This document shows positions 23,672-35,526 of a stretch of DNA of 64,000 nt, piece by piece. The translations under genes were made by a program, and so were the position numbers. This DNA comes from Cladosporium halotolerans (Eukaryota), in contig NW_027191452.1 in assembly GCF_011745625.1 (NCBI RefSeq), positions 682,001 through 746,000 on the forward strand. Reading direction: 5' to 3'. The notes under the pieces were generated by a model. That model searched no databases. It worked only from the letters and a program-made list of their open reading frames with translations, and was not told where the DNA came from. Each line of letters starts with the position of its first letter. The first letter of the stretch is position 1.

Positions 23672-25887
23672 ATGGCACCCCTAATGGCACGACCGCGACG
23701 CTCACAACGACGCGCGAGCATGTCTTCGAACTCGTCTTCTTCAACCTCTCCGGAACGCGGAGTGGACGACGACAACGACTCCTTCATGCTCCAACCCAAC
23801 GACTCGCAATCCTCCCTCGGCCTCGATGCCTCTCCTGAACTCTCGCAAGACGACTCTTTGCGGAGGCAGTATGAGGAGATCTGTCGCGTATCGCCCGTGC
23901 ATCGTTTGCCGGCAGAGCTTCTGATTCACATTTTCTCGCGCCTGAGCGCGCCCAAGGACCTACAGTCATGCATGCTGGTATCGAAGGAGTGGGCGAGAAA
24001 TAGCGTGGGACTGCTCTGGCACAGACCTGCAATGGGGAAGTGGGAGAGCATTCACAGTGTGGTACAATCTATCCGCAAGGCGAACAAGTTCTTCGCATAT
24101 CAGGACCTCGTCAAAAGGCTAAACATGTCCACGCTGTCGAACGCTGTCAGCGATGGCACCTTATACGGCCTTGCAGACTGCAAACGGATTGAGCGCCTGA
24201 CTTTGACCAATTGTTCAAAGCTCACGGACATCAGCCTAAGGCCACTCATTGCAGGGAACCGAAGTTTACTGGCGTTGGACATTACTGGCTTGGATCAGGT
24301 GACGAACGAGACCATGATGGTGGTAGCAGATAACTGTCTGCGTTTGCAAGGACTGAACGTGAGCAATTGCCGGAGACTCGAAGACTCCGCAATCATGGCG
24401 ATCGCTAAGAGCTGCCGACATCTGAAGCGACTCAAGTTCAACAACTGTGGCCAGTTGACCGGGAATGCGATCATGACGGTCGCTGCACACAGCTCACACC
24501 TGCTGGAGATCGACTTGTATGGACTGCAAAATGTGGAAAGCTCAGCCATCACCGCTCTGCTTACCTCGTGTCCGCAGCTACGTGAGATGCGACTCGCGCA
24601 CTGCTCTCGAATCGACGACTCTGCATTTCTGGACCTTCCAAACGACCCGGAAATGCCCATTTCATTTGATGCGCTTCGCATTCTTGACCTTACAGACTGC
24701 AATGAACTGGGTGACAAGGGTGTGGAGAGAATCATCCAAGCATGCCCACGTCTTCGCAACCTTATACTCGCAAAATGTCGGCAGATTACCGACAGAGCTG
24801 TGTTTGCTATCACCAAGCTTGGCAAGAATCTTCACTACATACACCTCGGCCATTGCGCTCGCATCAACGACGTCAGCATCGAAGCGCTGGCCAAGTCATG
24901 CAACCGGATCCGCTACATTGATCTAGCGTGCTGCAGCAATTTGACCGACAATAGCGTGATGAAGCTTGCTAGCTTGCCGAAGCTCAAGAGGATTGGCCTA
25001 GTAAAGTGTGCCGGTATTACAGACAGGAGTATCTATAGCCTTGCACTGGGGGAGGTGAAAAACAACAAAAGAGTGAATGGTATCAGCGTCTTGGAGCGGG
25101 TGCATCTCAGCTATTGCACAGATCTGACGATTGAGGTACGGTCCTGCCGCAGAACCACATGCGAGTTTGAAGAATGCTAACAGTCTTACAGGGCATTCAC
25201 ATGCTTCTTAACAATTGCCCCAAACTTACGCACCTTTCCCTGACAGGCGTTCAAGCTTTCCTCCGCGAGGACATTCTCAGCTTTTGCCGCGACGCCCCGC
25301 CGGAGTTTAATGATCACCAGCGAAACGTCTTTTGCGTCTTCTCTGGTCACGGTGTCGCGCGACTCCGTGATCATTTGAACGACCAGAGGAATTTTCACTC
25401 TGGAACCGAATCCAACGTGCCTTCAGTCGCCGACGGAAGTGAGATGGGCATCGATGATCCAGACGAAAATATCGACACCGGATCAGGCACGAACACACCT
25501 GTTATGAATGTCAATGTCATGGGCACACACCCCGCGGGTATGACGCCTGTCGCACCCGGTCCATCGAACGCGCATGCGACGAACATTCTGCATCAGGCGA
25601 TACAAAACAACAATCACTGGGCCCCACAGATGGGCAACCTGACCCACGCCCACCTACAGGGCGGTGGGTCTCATCTAAGTCAAAGTGCGCCCGCTTCAAC
25701 GGGAGGGGCGTTGTGGGCCGGGGGCAATGCCAATGCTCCCACACAGCCTCCGCCACCGCCTCCTACCCACGGCCATCCACATGGAAACGCGCAGCAGGTT
25801 ACCGGCATGTTAGGTGCGACGGTGCTCGACGACGTCGACGAAGGGGACGAAACGTTTGGAGATGAGAGCGAATTGATGAACGATTAA
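23672..25887 (+). CDS. GRR1: SCF F-box/LRR protein Grr1; intron 25136-25191
   Basis: F-box LPAELLIHIF..VSKEW..LLWHRP; many LRRs (IERLTLTNC, KNLHYIHLGHC, LPKLKRIGLVKC); FCRDAPPEF..FCVFSG. Confidence 0.95.
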
Positions 25888-26961
25888 ACGACAGTATACC
25901 CATTTTTGGCGGTTTTTTGTTTCTTTTATTTTCTTTGCCCTAAGAGCGAGCCTTTGGAAGACCAACGGCCGAATCGCAGATCAACAACTTTTCTTCTTCA
26001 TTAGCATGTTCAGCGTGAGTTGAGATCTCGAGCGAGAGAGCGAGACTGAAGGGACGGAAGTGATATCTCCTTCAGTGAAATGCTATCGGGCTGTAAACAG
26101 GCGGCGGACTTGGAACTATAGCTGGTTGAACATGTTATGGCTCTAAAGCCATTCTCCGCTGTCTTTGTCATTGCTTTTGACTTTCGATTGAATCGTCTTA
26201 AGAAGTGCTCCGTTCAGGGTTAGGCTGCTCGGCAGCCACGCGTGTGTCTTGTGAGATGGTCACGACACGCAGCTCGAGCCCACCGCAGGGCCAAGCGGCA
26301 CTTCGGAGTGACGTGTTCGGTGTCGTCTATCTTCAGTAGGGTGAGCGTTCTGATATCAGTCAAGCAGTGGTGACCCGAATTGCCAAGGCGACTAGAAGAT
26401 CAGGACATGGGTACAGGCGCCTGACCATGACCAATGCTCCCAAGGACGTCGCTACCTACCTAGGTACTCTGATGAAGATGATCGTCACGCAGTACGAACA
26501 TTTCGCGGTCGTGCTCAAGCATACCAAGAGGAACCTAGGGTTGCGCCACGGAATCCTAACATAAAATTCAAGCTTCAAACTGCAACCCACACCAAGCTAA
26601 CCTCGATTCACGAGCGGTTAAGTCGATTGCTGAGGTGTTGCCCAGGCGCATGTTACTTGCTTGACTAGGCATTATTATCATTGATCTGCTATGATGCGCC
26701 CAGGCTTTTGCCAAGCTGCAGGGAGATATGCGGCTGCGGAACGTTTGCGGAAGCTGTGTAGGACAAGCCCATCACCAGGTACCTCCGTTCTTTCCGCTCT
26801 CCGCCGATGGCCAGGATATGCAAAGATTCCTATAATACTGCTGCCATCGTTTGCTAGTCCTTGATAGATACATCTGATTTTATCGATTGCAAAAGATAAC
26901 TGTGAAGGGCAAATTGATCAACAGCAACGAGAAATATCAATTCTTGTTCAGTTCAACGACG

Positions 26962-27576
26962 ATGTTTGGTTCGAAATCGAACGTCTTCGTCTCGCTCAGC
27001 CCCAGATATGATTATGATCAAGAGGGAGGAAGACGTTGCATGAGGCCGCATCACGTTTGGATGCTCACAGTCGAGACACCAAAGTACAGCTTCCCAGGAA
27101 CGCAGCAGAGAGATCCCAATCCTACCCACTATTCAGTAGTCTGGAACGAATACATCGGCCATTACGAACTGATGCCGGTATCACCGACAAATCTCGGTAT
27201 CATCGGCAGCATTCTTATCCAACGACACGCCCCTGCATCGCCGGAGAGATTGTTCCAGAAGTTGAAGGCGGGCATGAAAGCACATAACGCGAGTTTCCCG
27301 ACAGAACTAGAGGACAGTGACGGATCCGAGGACTGGGTCATGAACGCACTGCAAGCACTCCAAGACGACGCGACCATCCAGGAGTTCAACATCGACCTCT
27401 TCATGACTTTCTCCAAAGCGTACCTGGCCCGCCGAATGGACGGAGAAGGACCGGCGCGAATCGCTTATTCGAGGTTGCACAAGGACCATTCGCAGAAGCA
27501 GAGGAGCAACTTCTGGGTATCTTATCCGCAGAGGTCTTGCAACTACGAGGGCAATGTGTACGGCGGCCTCATGTGA
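26962..27576 (+). CDS. Hypothetical protein (204 aa)
   Basis: Intronless ORF with coding-like codon usage; pattern VFVSLSPR..HHVWML..DWVMNALQAL. Confidence 0.65.
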   Translation: MFGSKSNVFVSLSPRYDYDQEGGRRCMRPHHVWMLTVETPKYSFPGTQQRDPNPTHYSVVWNEYIGHYELMPVSPTNLGIIGSILIQRHAPASPERLFQKLKAGMKAHNASFPTELEDSDGSEDWVMNALQALQDDATIQEFNIDLFMTFSKAYLARRMDGEGPARIAYSRLHKDHSQKQRSNFWVSYPQRSCNYEGNVYGGLM

Positions 27577-28554
27577 TGCGGATTGAAGCGAAGATGCAGA
27601 AGAACACCAGCTTTAGAGATTTCGATTTTCTCGAAGGCCAAGGATAGCTCCACACGCCGGTCACATTCCGTCGCCGTTTGGCGCATCCGGGATGTCCGTT
27701 TGCTACACACAAGGAGTCATTGCCTGATACGTCAGCACGCCTGATGCAGTATGGGGCAAAGGGAAGGCCGGAAAAGGCTCGCGTGCAGAGAAAGAGCTGG
27801 CCGTTCAAGGGGTGTGGTGGACTGTATTCCGGCATACCGTACTCGTCACGCGAAACATTCGTTACCATCTCGAAAGGCCGATTTCTCGCGACGGAATATC
27901 AGGCAACGCGTTGTGAGAAGCAATTACAGCTTCTCGGCTCCAGCAAACCGAGTCGCGGCTCAGGCGCTACTATCTCCTTAAGATGCAGGGCCGCGCGAGT
28001 TGGAAGGTTAGGATACAATTACACGGTACCACAAGGTCCGAGCGGTGCTATCCCGTACGTAACTCACGAATATAACGAAAATCGGAAGATATTATCAAAG
28101 AGACTACTTCTGTCGTGTTTTCCAAGGAGTTGTTGTTGCTTGGGACGGAAATGTTGGTGCCTAGATTTTGGCATTGTTTCCCGCGAAATGTAATACGTCA
28201 CGCGTGGCGCAGCTCATGGGCAGGAAATCAATGGCCGGAATGGAGCTAATGATAAGTCTGTCGTGCGCACTTGCGGAAAGCAAATAATGACGGGTGGCGT
28301 GCTGGTTTGTTTCGGCGCCGTGCAATGTTTTGGAAGGCCGTTGGAGTCAGCGACTTCTTTGCGCCCAAGACATCAAGCCCGCCAAGCCTCCGCCTCACCC
28401 ATCCGACCTTGCCGCCGCGTCCGTATCTGCCTTTTTCTCGAGCACTACACATTTTCAGGTACTGGAAAAGGCGGTCGATACAAGCGCAACAAGGCGTATT
28501 CCCATGTCCCACTATCATACGGGTGTCCCTGCCGCTCCGCCATGGTCCGCCAGC

Positions 28555-30326
28555 ATGTCGATGCAAGCTTCCATCGTCCTCGACCAACCTGGTAACATCT
28601 CATTTACAAACCTCGACGAGATCAGCGGTAGAGTGGTCGTACGATGTTCGAAAAGTGTCGACATCAGTACGATCGTCGTCAAACTTGAAGGTGAGAGCCG
28701 CACGCGGCTTATGAGCTCTCCTGGTCCCGATGGAGAACGATCGAAGCCGCAGTTAGAGTATCACAAAGTATGTCATCGTCTTGCAAGGCAATGTTCATTC
28801 AATCCTAACTCTCTCAGATCCTCTACCGAGTGCAGATGGTGTTCCCGCCTGCCGACGTACTTGAAGGCAGATCTCGGACGGCATCCGGTAAAGGATCGTA
28901 TACTCTGCCGCCTGGGACGCACGAATATCCCTGGAGGTTCAAGGTTGGTCGAACGATCTCAATTTCTCTAATTATGCTGACTAAGTCCTAGCTCCCGTTC
29001 AACAATGCATGTCATTCTCAGAAAAGCATGATCGCAACATCTCCTTTGGCCACTCTCGGCCTTGAAGCGCCCAAAGTAGCAACAAGGCATGTGCACAAGA
29101 CTTTGCCTCCAACACTCAGTGGCTTCCCTGGAGAGGCTGAGATTCGTTACTTCGTAAAGGCTACCGTGGGACGACATTCGTTCTTCAAGGAAAATCCAAG
29201 AACATATACCCCTTTCAATTTCTTTCCGATTGAACCACCCCGATCGCCTCCGACTGGATCTCAGGTCTATGCTCGCCAAAAACACGCCTTCGCGCCTTTC
29301 CAAGATGCACCAGTGAAGGAGAAAATGAAGAGCATCTTTGGAAAGAAGCCAAGCGAGCCTGCTCCACTCGCTGGAGATGCGCCCTTCATCAGTGTAGACG
29401 CTCGCTTACCCGAGCCTGCAGTCCTCACCTGTAACCAGGACATACCGCTTACAATACTCCTTAAGCGCCTCAACGCCAGCTCGGATCCGATCTATCTGCA
29501 GTCACTCCAAGTCTCTCTAATAGCTAGCACAAAAATTCGCGCGCATGATGTTTTCAGGACCGAGCAGAATAGTTGGATCATCATGAGCCAAAGCAACATG
29601 GGCATTTTGGTGGGCTCGACAGCAGACACTGAGGGAACCGAAGTCGCTATCAACGAAGGTCTATGGCGTGGAAAGGCCTTACCCAACACGGTCGCTCCTT
29701 CTTTTGAGAGCTGCAACATCGCGCGAAGCTACAGCCTGGATGTCCGAATAGGTTTGAGCTACAGTGGCTCATCACAAGCGGGCAAGCTGAGCAAAGCATC
29801 AATGCAGCGTTCTGTAAGTTTTCAGGTTGCATGCGGGTGACCTCAGAAGCTTAGTGCTGACCAAATCACATAGGCACAAAATGTAGTGCTTCCTTTGAGA
29901 CTTGAGACTCAGGTCTATTCAGGCATAGCACCGCCAGCAGAAGTAATACAACGAATGGCAGAGGCTCGCGCCAATGGAAAACAACCGTTGAGTGAGCCAG
30001 GACCTGCAGCCGCGGCATCTTCGGCGATGGACGAGAAGCTTCGAACTGAGGGACGCAAATCATCCACAGCAGGGCCAAGCTCATCGGCGCCGCATAGTCC
30101 GATTAATCCTGAAGCACCGCAGATCCCGGCCAGGCCAGGGCGGCCAGTACCGCAGCAACCGCAGGAAGAATATGGAGATGCACCACCGAGCTACGAAGAT
30201 GCGATCGCATCTGATGTGGCGCCGGTGGATGCCCCAAGGCCTGACTACGCACCACCACCGACAGGCGAGGACCAGACGTTCAAACAAGATGAGAAGAAAG
30301 GATGGGTTGACTTTCGAGAGCTTTGA
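28555..30326 (+). CDS. Alpha-arrestin (ART family) adaptor; introns 28768-28817, 28944-28991, 29814-29873; alternative ATG at 28504
   Basis: FTNLDEISGRV..IVVKLEGESRT, LPPTL, IRYFVKATV, PSFESCNIARSY and a PPxY motif DAPPSYEDA. Splice sites keep the frame. Confidence 0.88.
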
Positions 30327-30849
30327 GGCGGGCTATAAGCCGGGCATGATTAGTAATAATGATCGAATGATTATCTCTACAGCTCTCACTTGCCCGTGAC
30401 CTACAAGGAAAATGTTAGTCGCGAATGAGGACATGGAGTGAGGGTGCTCAAGAGAGTTGGCACGTGACGCCAAGCCTCGTGACTAAAGCTGAGTCGGGGT
30501 CAAACATCCGCTGCCGCTCTCCAAAGTCGCCCAGTACAAATACTGGGGTGCACCAACCAACATTCAGCGACGGCAGCGACCAAGGTCTGAGAGGGCTTCA
30601 GATAGTACACAGCGGAGTTTAAAAGCAAGGACACACTGAAAGTGGGGATACCAGAACTCCTTGCGCGCGCTGCGGGTCAATACAAACCGCGCCGCTTCGC
30701 CCTGGACTGCTTGAGTCGTATACCGCTGTTCATCACCATCACTAGCATCGGCATCATTTCAGACGCCAGCACACCTTCAAGCCCGCCTGTTTCGCTTCAG
30801 TCTGTGGCCTTACCGACACATCCCTTGCCTTCTTCGAATACTCGCGACC

Positions 30850-32595
30850 ATGACGAACGCGCTGGTGGTATGTCCGCTTTCGAGGCGTAGCAAGAGCACG
30901 TGACACGGCGATGGCTAACGCTGTCGACAGGGCGACGTCTACGAGAAGATCATCCAGGAGGTAGTGGATGCGTCTAAGAACGACTTCGAAGAGAGCGGCG
31001 TCGGGCAGGGTACGCTGAACGAGCTGCAGCAGGTAAGCAACGGCGATGTCGTTCCTCTGGCGCTGCAAGAGTGCTTTTCCCACCACGTCCATGCAGTCTG
31101 GCATGGGAGCCACGACCAGCGTCAACCGGGAGGCCAGCACCGACGGCGTGAGCGCAGGTGCCCGGGGCTGTTATTGCTCTTCGCAGGCGGCTGGCACACG
31201 GCCAGCGCTCAGCAATCGCGGCAGGCAGCGTGCGCAGGGCAAAGCGGGGGCTTTGAGGATCGAGAGCGCCGGGCTCTCCGCTGCTTTTGCACCGACGCTT
31301 AAAAGCGCCCTCGCCTGCCGCACAGCCCCGCTCGCCGACCGCGCTTGACCGCTTACAGTTGGCCTGCAAGATCACGTGGCTTAGTGGTCGCCTGCAGTCA
31401 CTCGCATACCCGCATACAGGATCGAGTCGAATGATATACTGACAAGCGATTGCAGGAATGGCAGCACAAGCTCTCACAGCGCGGGGTCGCGCAGATGCCT
31501 TGGGATCCGAAGCCCGCACCGCCGGTCCAGCAGCAGCAGCCACCTCAGCAGCAGCAGTCGTCTCACAATGCCGGCATGCCTCCCGTCAACGGGAATGGGA
31601 TGCCGCCTGTATCTTATGGCGGCTACGACAACAATGTGGCCGCCCCCTCCAATGGTACCCCGCGGATCAAGACCGAGCCTGGCATGGAGCAAGCACAGCA
31701 GCCCCAGCAACAGTACCACGGGTTACCGCCTATGAGTAGCTATTCACAGATCAACGGTGGCCAGGGCGGTGGCGCTGCACGCGCTCAGCAGCTTGTCGAG
31801 CAGCAGTTCGGTCCGCAGGCTACAGCCGGCTTCCAACGTGGCGGTCTCGCTCTGCCCGGCCAGCAGCAAGCCAAACCTCAGGGCCTGCAACTCCCTCCAA
31901 ATAACAGCCAGCAGATGCATCAACAATATCAACAGCAACAGCAACAAGCTATGCAGCAAAGGCAGCAGCAACAGCTCAATCAACAACAACAGAACCCTCA
32001 GATCAAGGTCGAGAACAGCAACACAGCGCCGCAACAAGGCCAGTATCAACAGCAGCCGGCTCCGAACTACAGTCAGACAGATGGCGCCGATGACGCACTT
32101 GAGGAATGGCGAGCGATGTTGGCAGAGCGCCGCGCCATCGCTCAGAACCAGACAGAGCATGCAAATAACATGATGCGCGAGCGTATCGCTGCCCTCTCAG
32201 ATGACCTTCAGAGCGGTCTCATGATCCCTTTGGATGACCAGCAACGACGCTTGCAGGCACGCAGTCGCAAAGCAAAGGCTGCGAAATCGAAGAGAGCTGC
32301 TGCACTCCAATCTGGCTCAGAAATATCGACCCTGCCGGCGATTACGCAGCTGGACGGTGATGCAGCCGATGACGAAGATGACGAAGATGCAATCAACTCC
32401 GACCTCGACGATCCCGAAGACGACACGAATCAGATCAACGACGATGATGACGATAACGGAGACAGCATCTTGTGCACGTACGACAAGGTCCAGAGGGTGA
32501 AGAACAAGTGGAAGTGCACCCTCAAGGATGGCGTCCTGAATGCTAATGGCAAGGAGTGGCTTTTCCATAAGGGCAATGGCGAGTTTGAGTGGTGA
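30850..32595 (+). CDS. TOA1: Transcription factor IIA large (alpha/beta) subunit; introns 30868-30930 and 31033-31455
   Basis: MTNALV|GDVYEKIIQEVVDASKNDFEESGV..LQQ|EWQHKL; Q-rich linker; QLDG; DAINSDLDD; LCTYDKVQRVKNKWKCTLKDG..GEFEW*. Confidence 0.95.
31033..31455 (+). ncRNA. Candidate structured intronic RNA in TOA1 intron 2
   Basis: Several nested 6-9 bp complementary pairs found by eye (see findings). No known family recognised. Confidence 0.5.
31908..31995 (+). repeat. CAA/CAG-rich poly-glutamine tract in TOA1
   Basis: caacaatatcaacagcaacagcaacaa...caacaacaacag. Confidence 0.8.
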
Positions 32596-33250
32596 AAGGG
32601 ACAATTACTTCTTTCTCTTCTCTCGAAGCATGTGATGCCCCTCTAGTCCGTCAATGAGCATTCTAAAAGAGGCTTGTCTTGATTAAAACACCAGACTGCT
32701 GGAAGTTTTTGGCACACCCACCGGAATAGGTGCGACACATGTCTGCAATTGCTTGAAATACGAGATTGCACAGGGTGCGAACAGTTGACTTGGACGGGCT
32801 GCAAAGAACGTATCGATGATAATGAATCTACAATTTACTTTTATTACACAAATCAAATGCTACAAAAAAAAAAACCATTATGGAATCGAGTTTTGCTAAC
32901 AATCAAGTTTTCCATTGTTTCGTTCAGTTGCAGACCAAATTCGGCTTGGAAATGAATGCTGGGCTGTGACGCGGCACTGCGCCGCGGCGGGTGGATGAAC
33001 GTCCAGCCGAAAGTGGGCAGGCCAGGCCTCGTCGATCAACCATGCCTCTGGCCGCGATTGCCCGACTAAAAGGTAAGGCACGACAGGCTTTGGTCACGTA
33101 GCTGTCCTTCCTACTTTCCTCCTTTCTTTTACTTCCCGGTCAGGTTGTTTGCATTCCCTTCATTGCTGGTCTTTTCACTTCCCAACAAAACCCCTCCCTT
33201 GCGTGGTTTCATCCTTCCTTCTCAATCTCCCCAAAAATAGACCCGTCACG

Positions 33251-34240
33251 ATGAGCGCCCGCAAAATACAGATACCTTCGATATACACGCGCGACTCCTC
33301 CTTCTCCTCTAAACGGCCCGGCTCGTCCATCTCCAGCATCTCCACCCAACGCTCGGTGCATCCTTCTGTGCAACCCACAAGAGCGTCAACGACAGCAACA
33401 CCCGCCGCACCAACCGCCGTACCAACCGCAGCACCCGCAGCACCTCCACCCGCGACACCTGCCACTGGCCTCCTGGTCCTTATAACCGCAGGCACTCCCA
33501 ACGCCAGCTTGAAGAGCTATGTCAAGACTGCCTTAACGAAGGGATCTTCGATCACGGAAGTTGTGGTCTTGGGCGAGCAGAAACATGAGCAGGCATTGAA
33601 GCAGCTGAAAGTGGAGATGTACGGCCTAGCAGGCGCTATGAAGAGAGAGCTGGGCGTAAACGTGGAGTATGGACAGGCACCTTTGAGCGAAGAAGAGATT
33701 CGACAGCACCTGACGAAGGTTCTGGACCGTACGGGCAGGAAAGAGCTGCACGGGGTGCTTATCGATTTGTCGGAAGAGGAGATGCAGCCTATGGATGTGT
33801 TGGAGGTGGAACCTCAGGTGCTCATGGGACAATGGCTGCGGAGCGTTGGTTTTGTGCATGCTGTTGCTCGCTGCACCATCCCTTTGCTGAGAGTGGCCGC
33901 GCATCGGGCATCGCAGGCGGTGCCCATGCCTGAGAAGGCTCTGAAGTGCCCTTTCTTTGTCACAACATTGAAGTCGTCCTCGGGTACTAGCGGCGGAATG
34001 CACATTGTTGCCCTTCGATCTCTGCTGGACAGCCTTAGCACGCTCGGCAACCGCGACATCACATTTGGAGAAGCTGACGTTCTGCTCGCGCCAGAGCCAG
34101 AGCCAGTCGTGCAGGAGCGTCAAACGGCGATTGCGCCAACTAACGGATGGAACGACCACTCGGAAGACTTCTCTGCTGGAGAGTCACCTACCAAGCTGTG
34201 GGGCATGTGGTCTATGCAACAGGAGTTGGGGGACTTTTAA
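33251..34240 (+). CDS. Hypothetical protein: S/T/P/A-rich N-terminus plus degenerate SDR/Rossmann-like domain
   Basis: Long intronless ORF. LLVLITAG..EVVVLGE..LHGVLID..DVLEVEPQVLMGQW..VGFVHAVARCTIPLL follows SDR topology, but without TGxxxGxG or YxxxK. Confidence 0.65.
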   Translation: MSARKIQIPSIYTRDSSFSSKRPGSSISSISTQRSVHPSVQPTRASTTATPAAPTAVPTAAPAAPPPATPATGLLVLITAGTPNASLKSYVKTALTKGSSITEVVVLGEQKHEQALKQLKVEMYGLAGAMKRELGVNVEYGQAPLSEEEIRQHLTKVLDRTGRKELHGVLIDLSEEEMQPMDVLEVEPQVLMGQWLRSVGFVHAVARCTIPLLRVAAHRASQAVPMPEKALKCPFFVTTLKSSSGTSGGMHIVALRSLLDSLSTLGNRDITFGEADVLLAPEPEPVVQERQTAIAPTNGWNDHSEDFSAGESPTKLWGMWSMQQELGDF

Positions 34241-34292
34241 AGACGGCTGTTGTTGCATTTACATTCATATCGTGGGACTCGAAGCCAGGCAT

Positions 34293-35526
34293 CTATTCCC
34301 AAGCCCATCTTTTCTTACACCACTTTATTACATACACCAGCAAGACCAGCACGGGCACCTCGATCAGGGGCCCCACCGTCGCAGCCAACGCCTGCTGGCT
34401 GCCAGCTCCATACACCGCCACGACGACCGCAATGGCAAGCTCGAAATTGTTGCTCGCCGCTGTAAAAGACTGCGTGCAACTGATCTTGTAGCCGAAGCCA
34501 AAGCGCCACATGACCCATGCGGTGGTGGTGAATACCACCAGAAAGTACACCACAAGCGGTGCGCAGACTCGCAGGACGGACGTGATCTGCTCGACAACGT
34601 GCAGGCCTTGCGAGCCGAACAGGACGATGATGGTGTAGAGCAGACCGATGAGCGAGAAGGGGGCGATGTACCGGATGAAGTAATGCTGATATCTGTACTC
34701 TCCGATCAAACTTCTCAGAGCCAGCCTTGTGACGATTGCAGCCGCCAGTGGAATGCCGAGGAAGACCGCCACGGACGTGGCCGACTTTTCGTAGATGTCT
34801 CCGTCGATTTCGCTGCCTGATTTGCGCGAGACGACCTGAACGTAGAACACCGCCAGAGGGGCGAAGAGAACGATCTGCAGCAGGCTGTTGAAAGCTACGA
34901 GCACGGCGCAGTAGTCTCCATCGCCACCTGCCAGGTCAGTCCAGATAAGCACCATGGCAATGCAGCGTGCGACTCCAACGAAGATGAGTCCATCTCGAAG
35001 ACCCTCGCGGTCCGGTAGGAAAGCCCAGGCCAGAGCAGTCATGAAGAGGGGCATCACGATCCAGTTCAAGATGAAGCTGATCGCAATCTGCTTCCACAAA
35101 TCCCGAGTCTTGAACAGTAGGTGCAGCGTCTCGAAGCGGACCTTGCAGAGGATCGGGTACATCATGACCAGAAGGCCCACTGCGATCGGTGCACTGACAC
35201 CCACGAATGTCCCTCGCTGCAGCGCCGGGCCAGTCTCCGGTACAAGGTTCGCGAGGATGATTCCAATGGCCATGGCTAGGAGGATCCAAATGACAAGAAA
35301 ACGGTCGAGGATCGATAGACCCTTGAATGGAGGCGGTGGGGCATCATCTGAGATGGTCAGTAGTCGATCAAGCGAAGTGAGTGCATGTTGATTTCCGACC
35401 TTCTCTTGAAGTGCGGTGAGGCGCATCTTCGTTTTGAGATTTGTAGCCGTGTTCTTCTGTTGCGCTAAAGGCACTCTCTTCATCCTTGACTGTTTTGCGA
35501 AGTGCACCTCGCTCGGGTGTATCCAT
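34293..35526 (-). CDS. ACR3: Arsenite efflux transporter Acr3; intron 35348-35399
   Basis: MDTPERG..SRE|DDAPPPPFKGLSILDRFL; MMYPILCKV; ARCIAMVLIW; ASNNFELAIAV; GPLIEVPVL. Confidence 0.95.

Noticed and set aside
23672..30326. GRR1 plus arrestin (and the distant sugar permease) as a glucose-signalling cluster
   Set aside because: Common housekeeping genes with unrelated neighbours; I see no shared regulatory signature.
31100..31390. TOA1 intron as SRP RNA, RNase P/MRP, telomerase RNA or TPP riboswitch
   Set aside because: No GNRA-capped SRP helix 8, no GAAAG CR-I, no telomeric template and no CUGAGA TPP core. Only a covariance-model search can exclude these fully.
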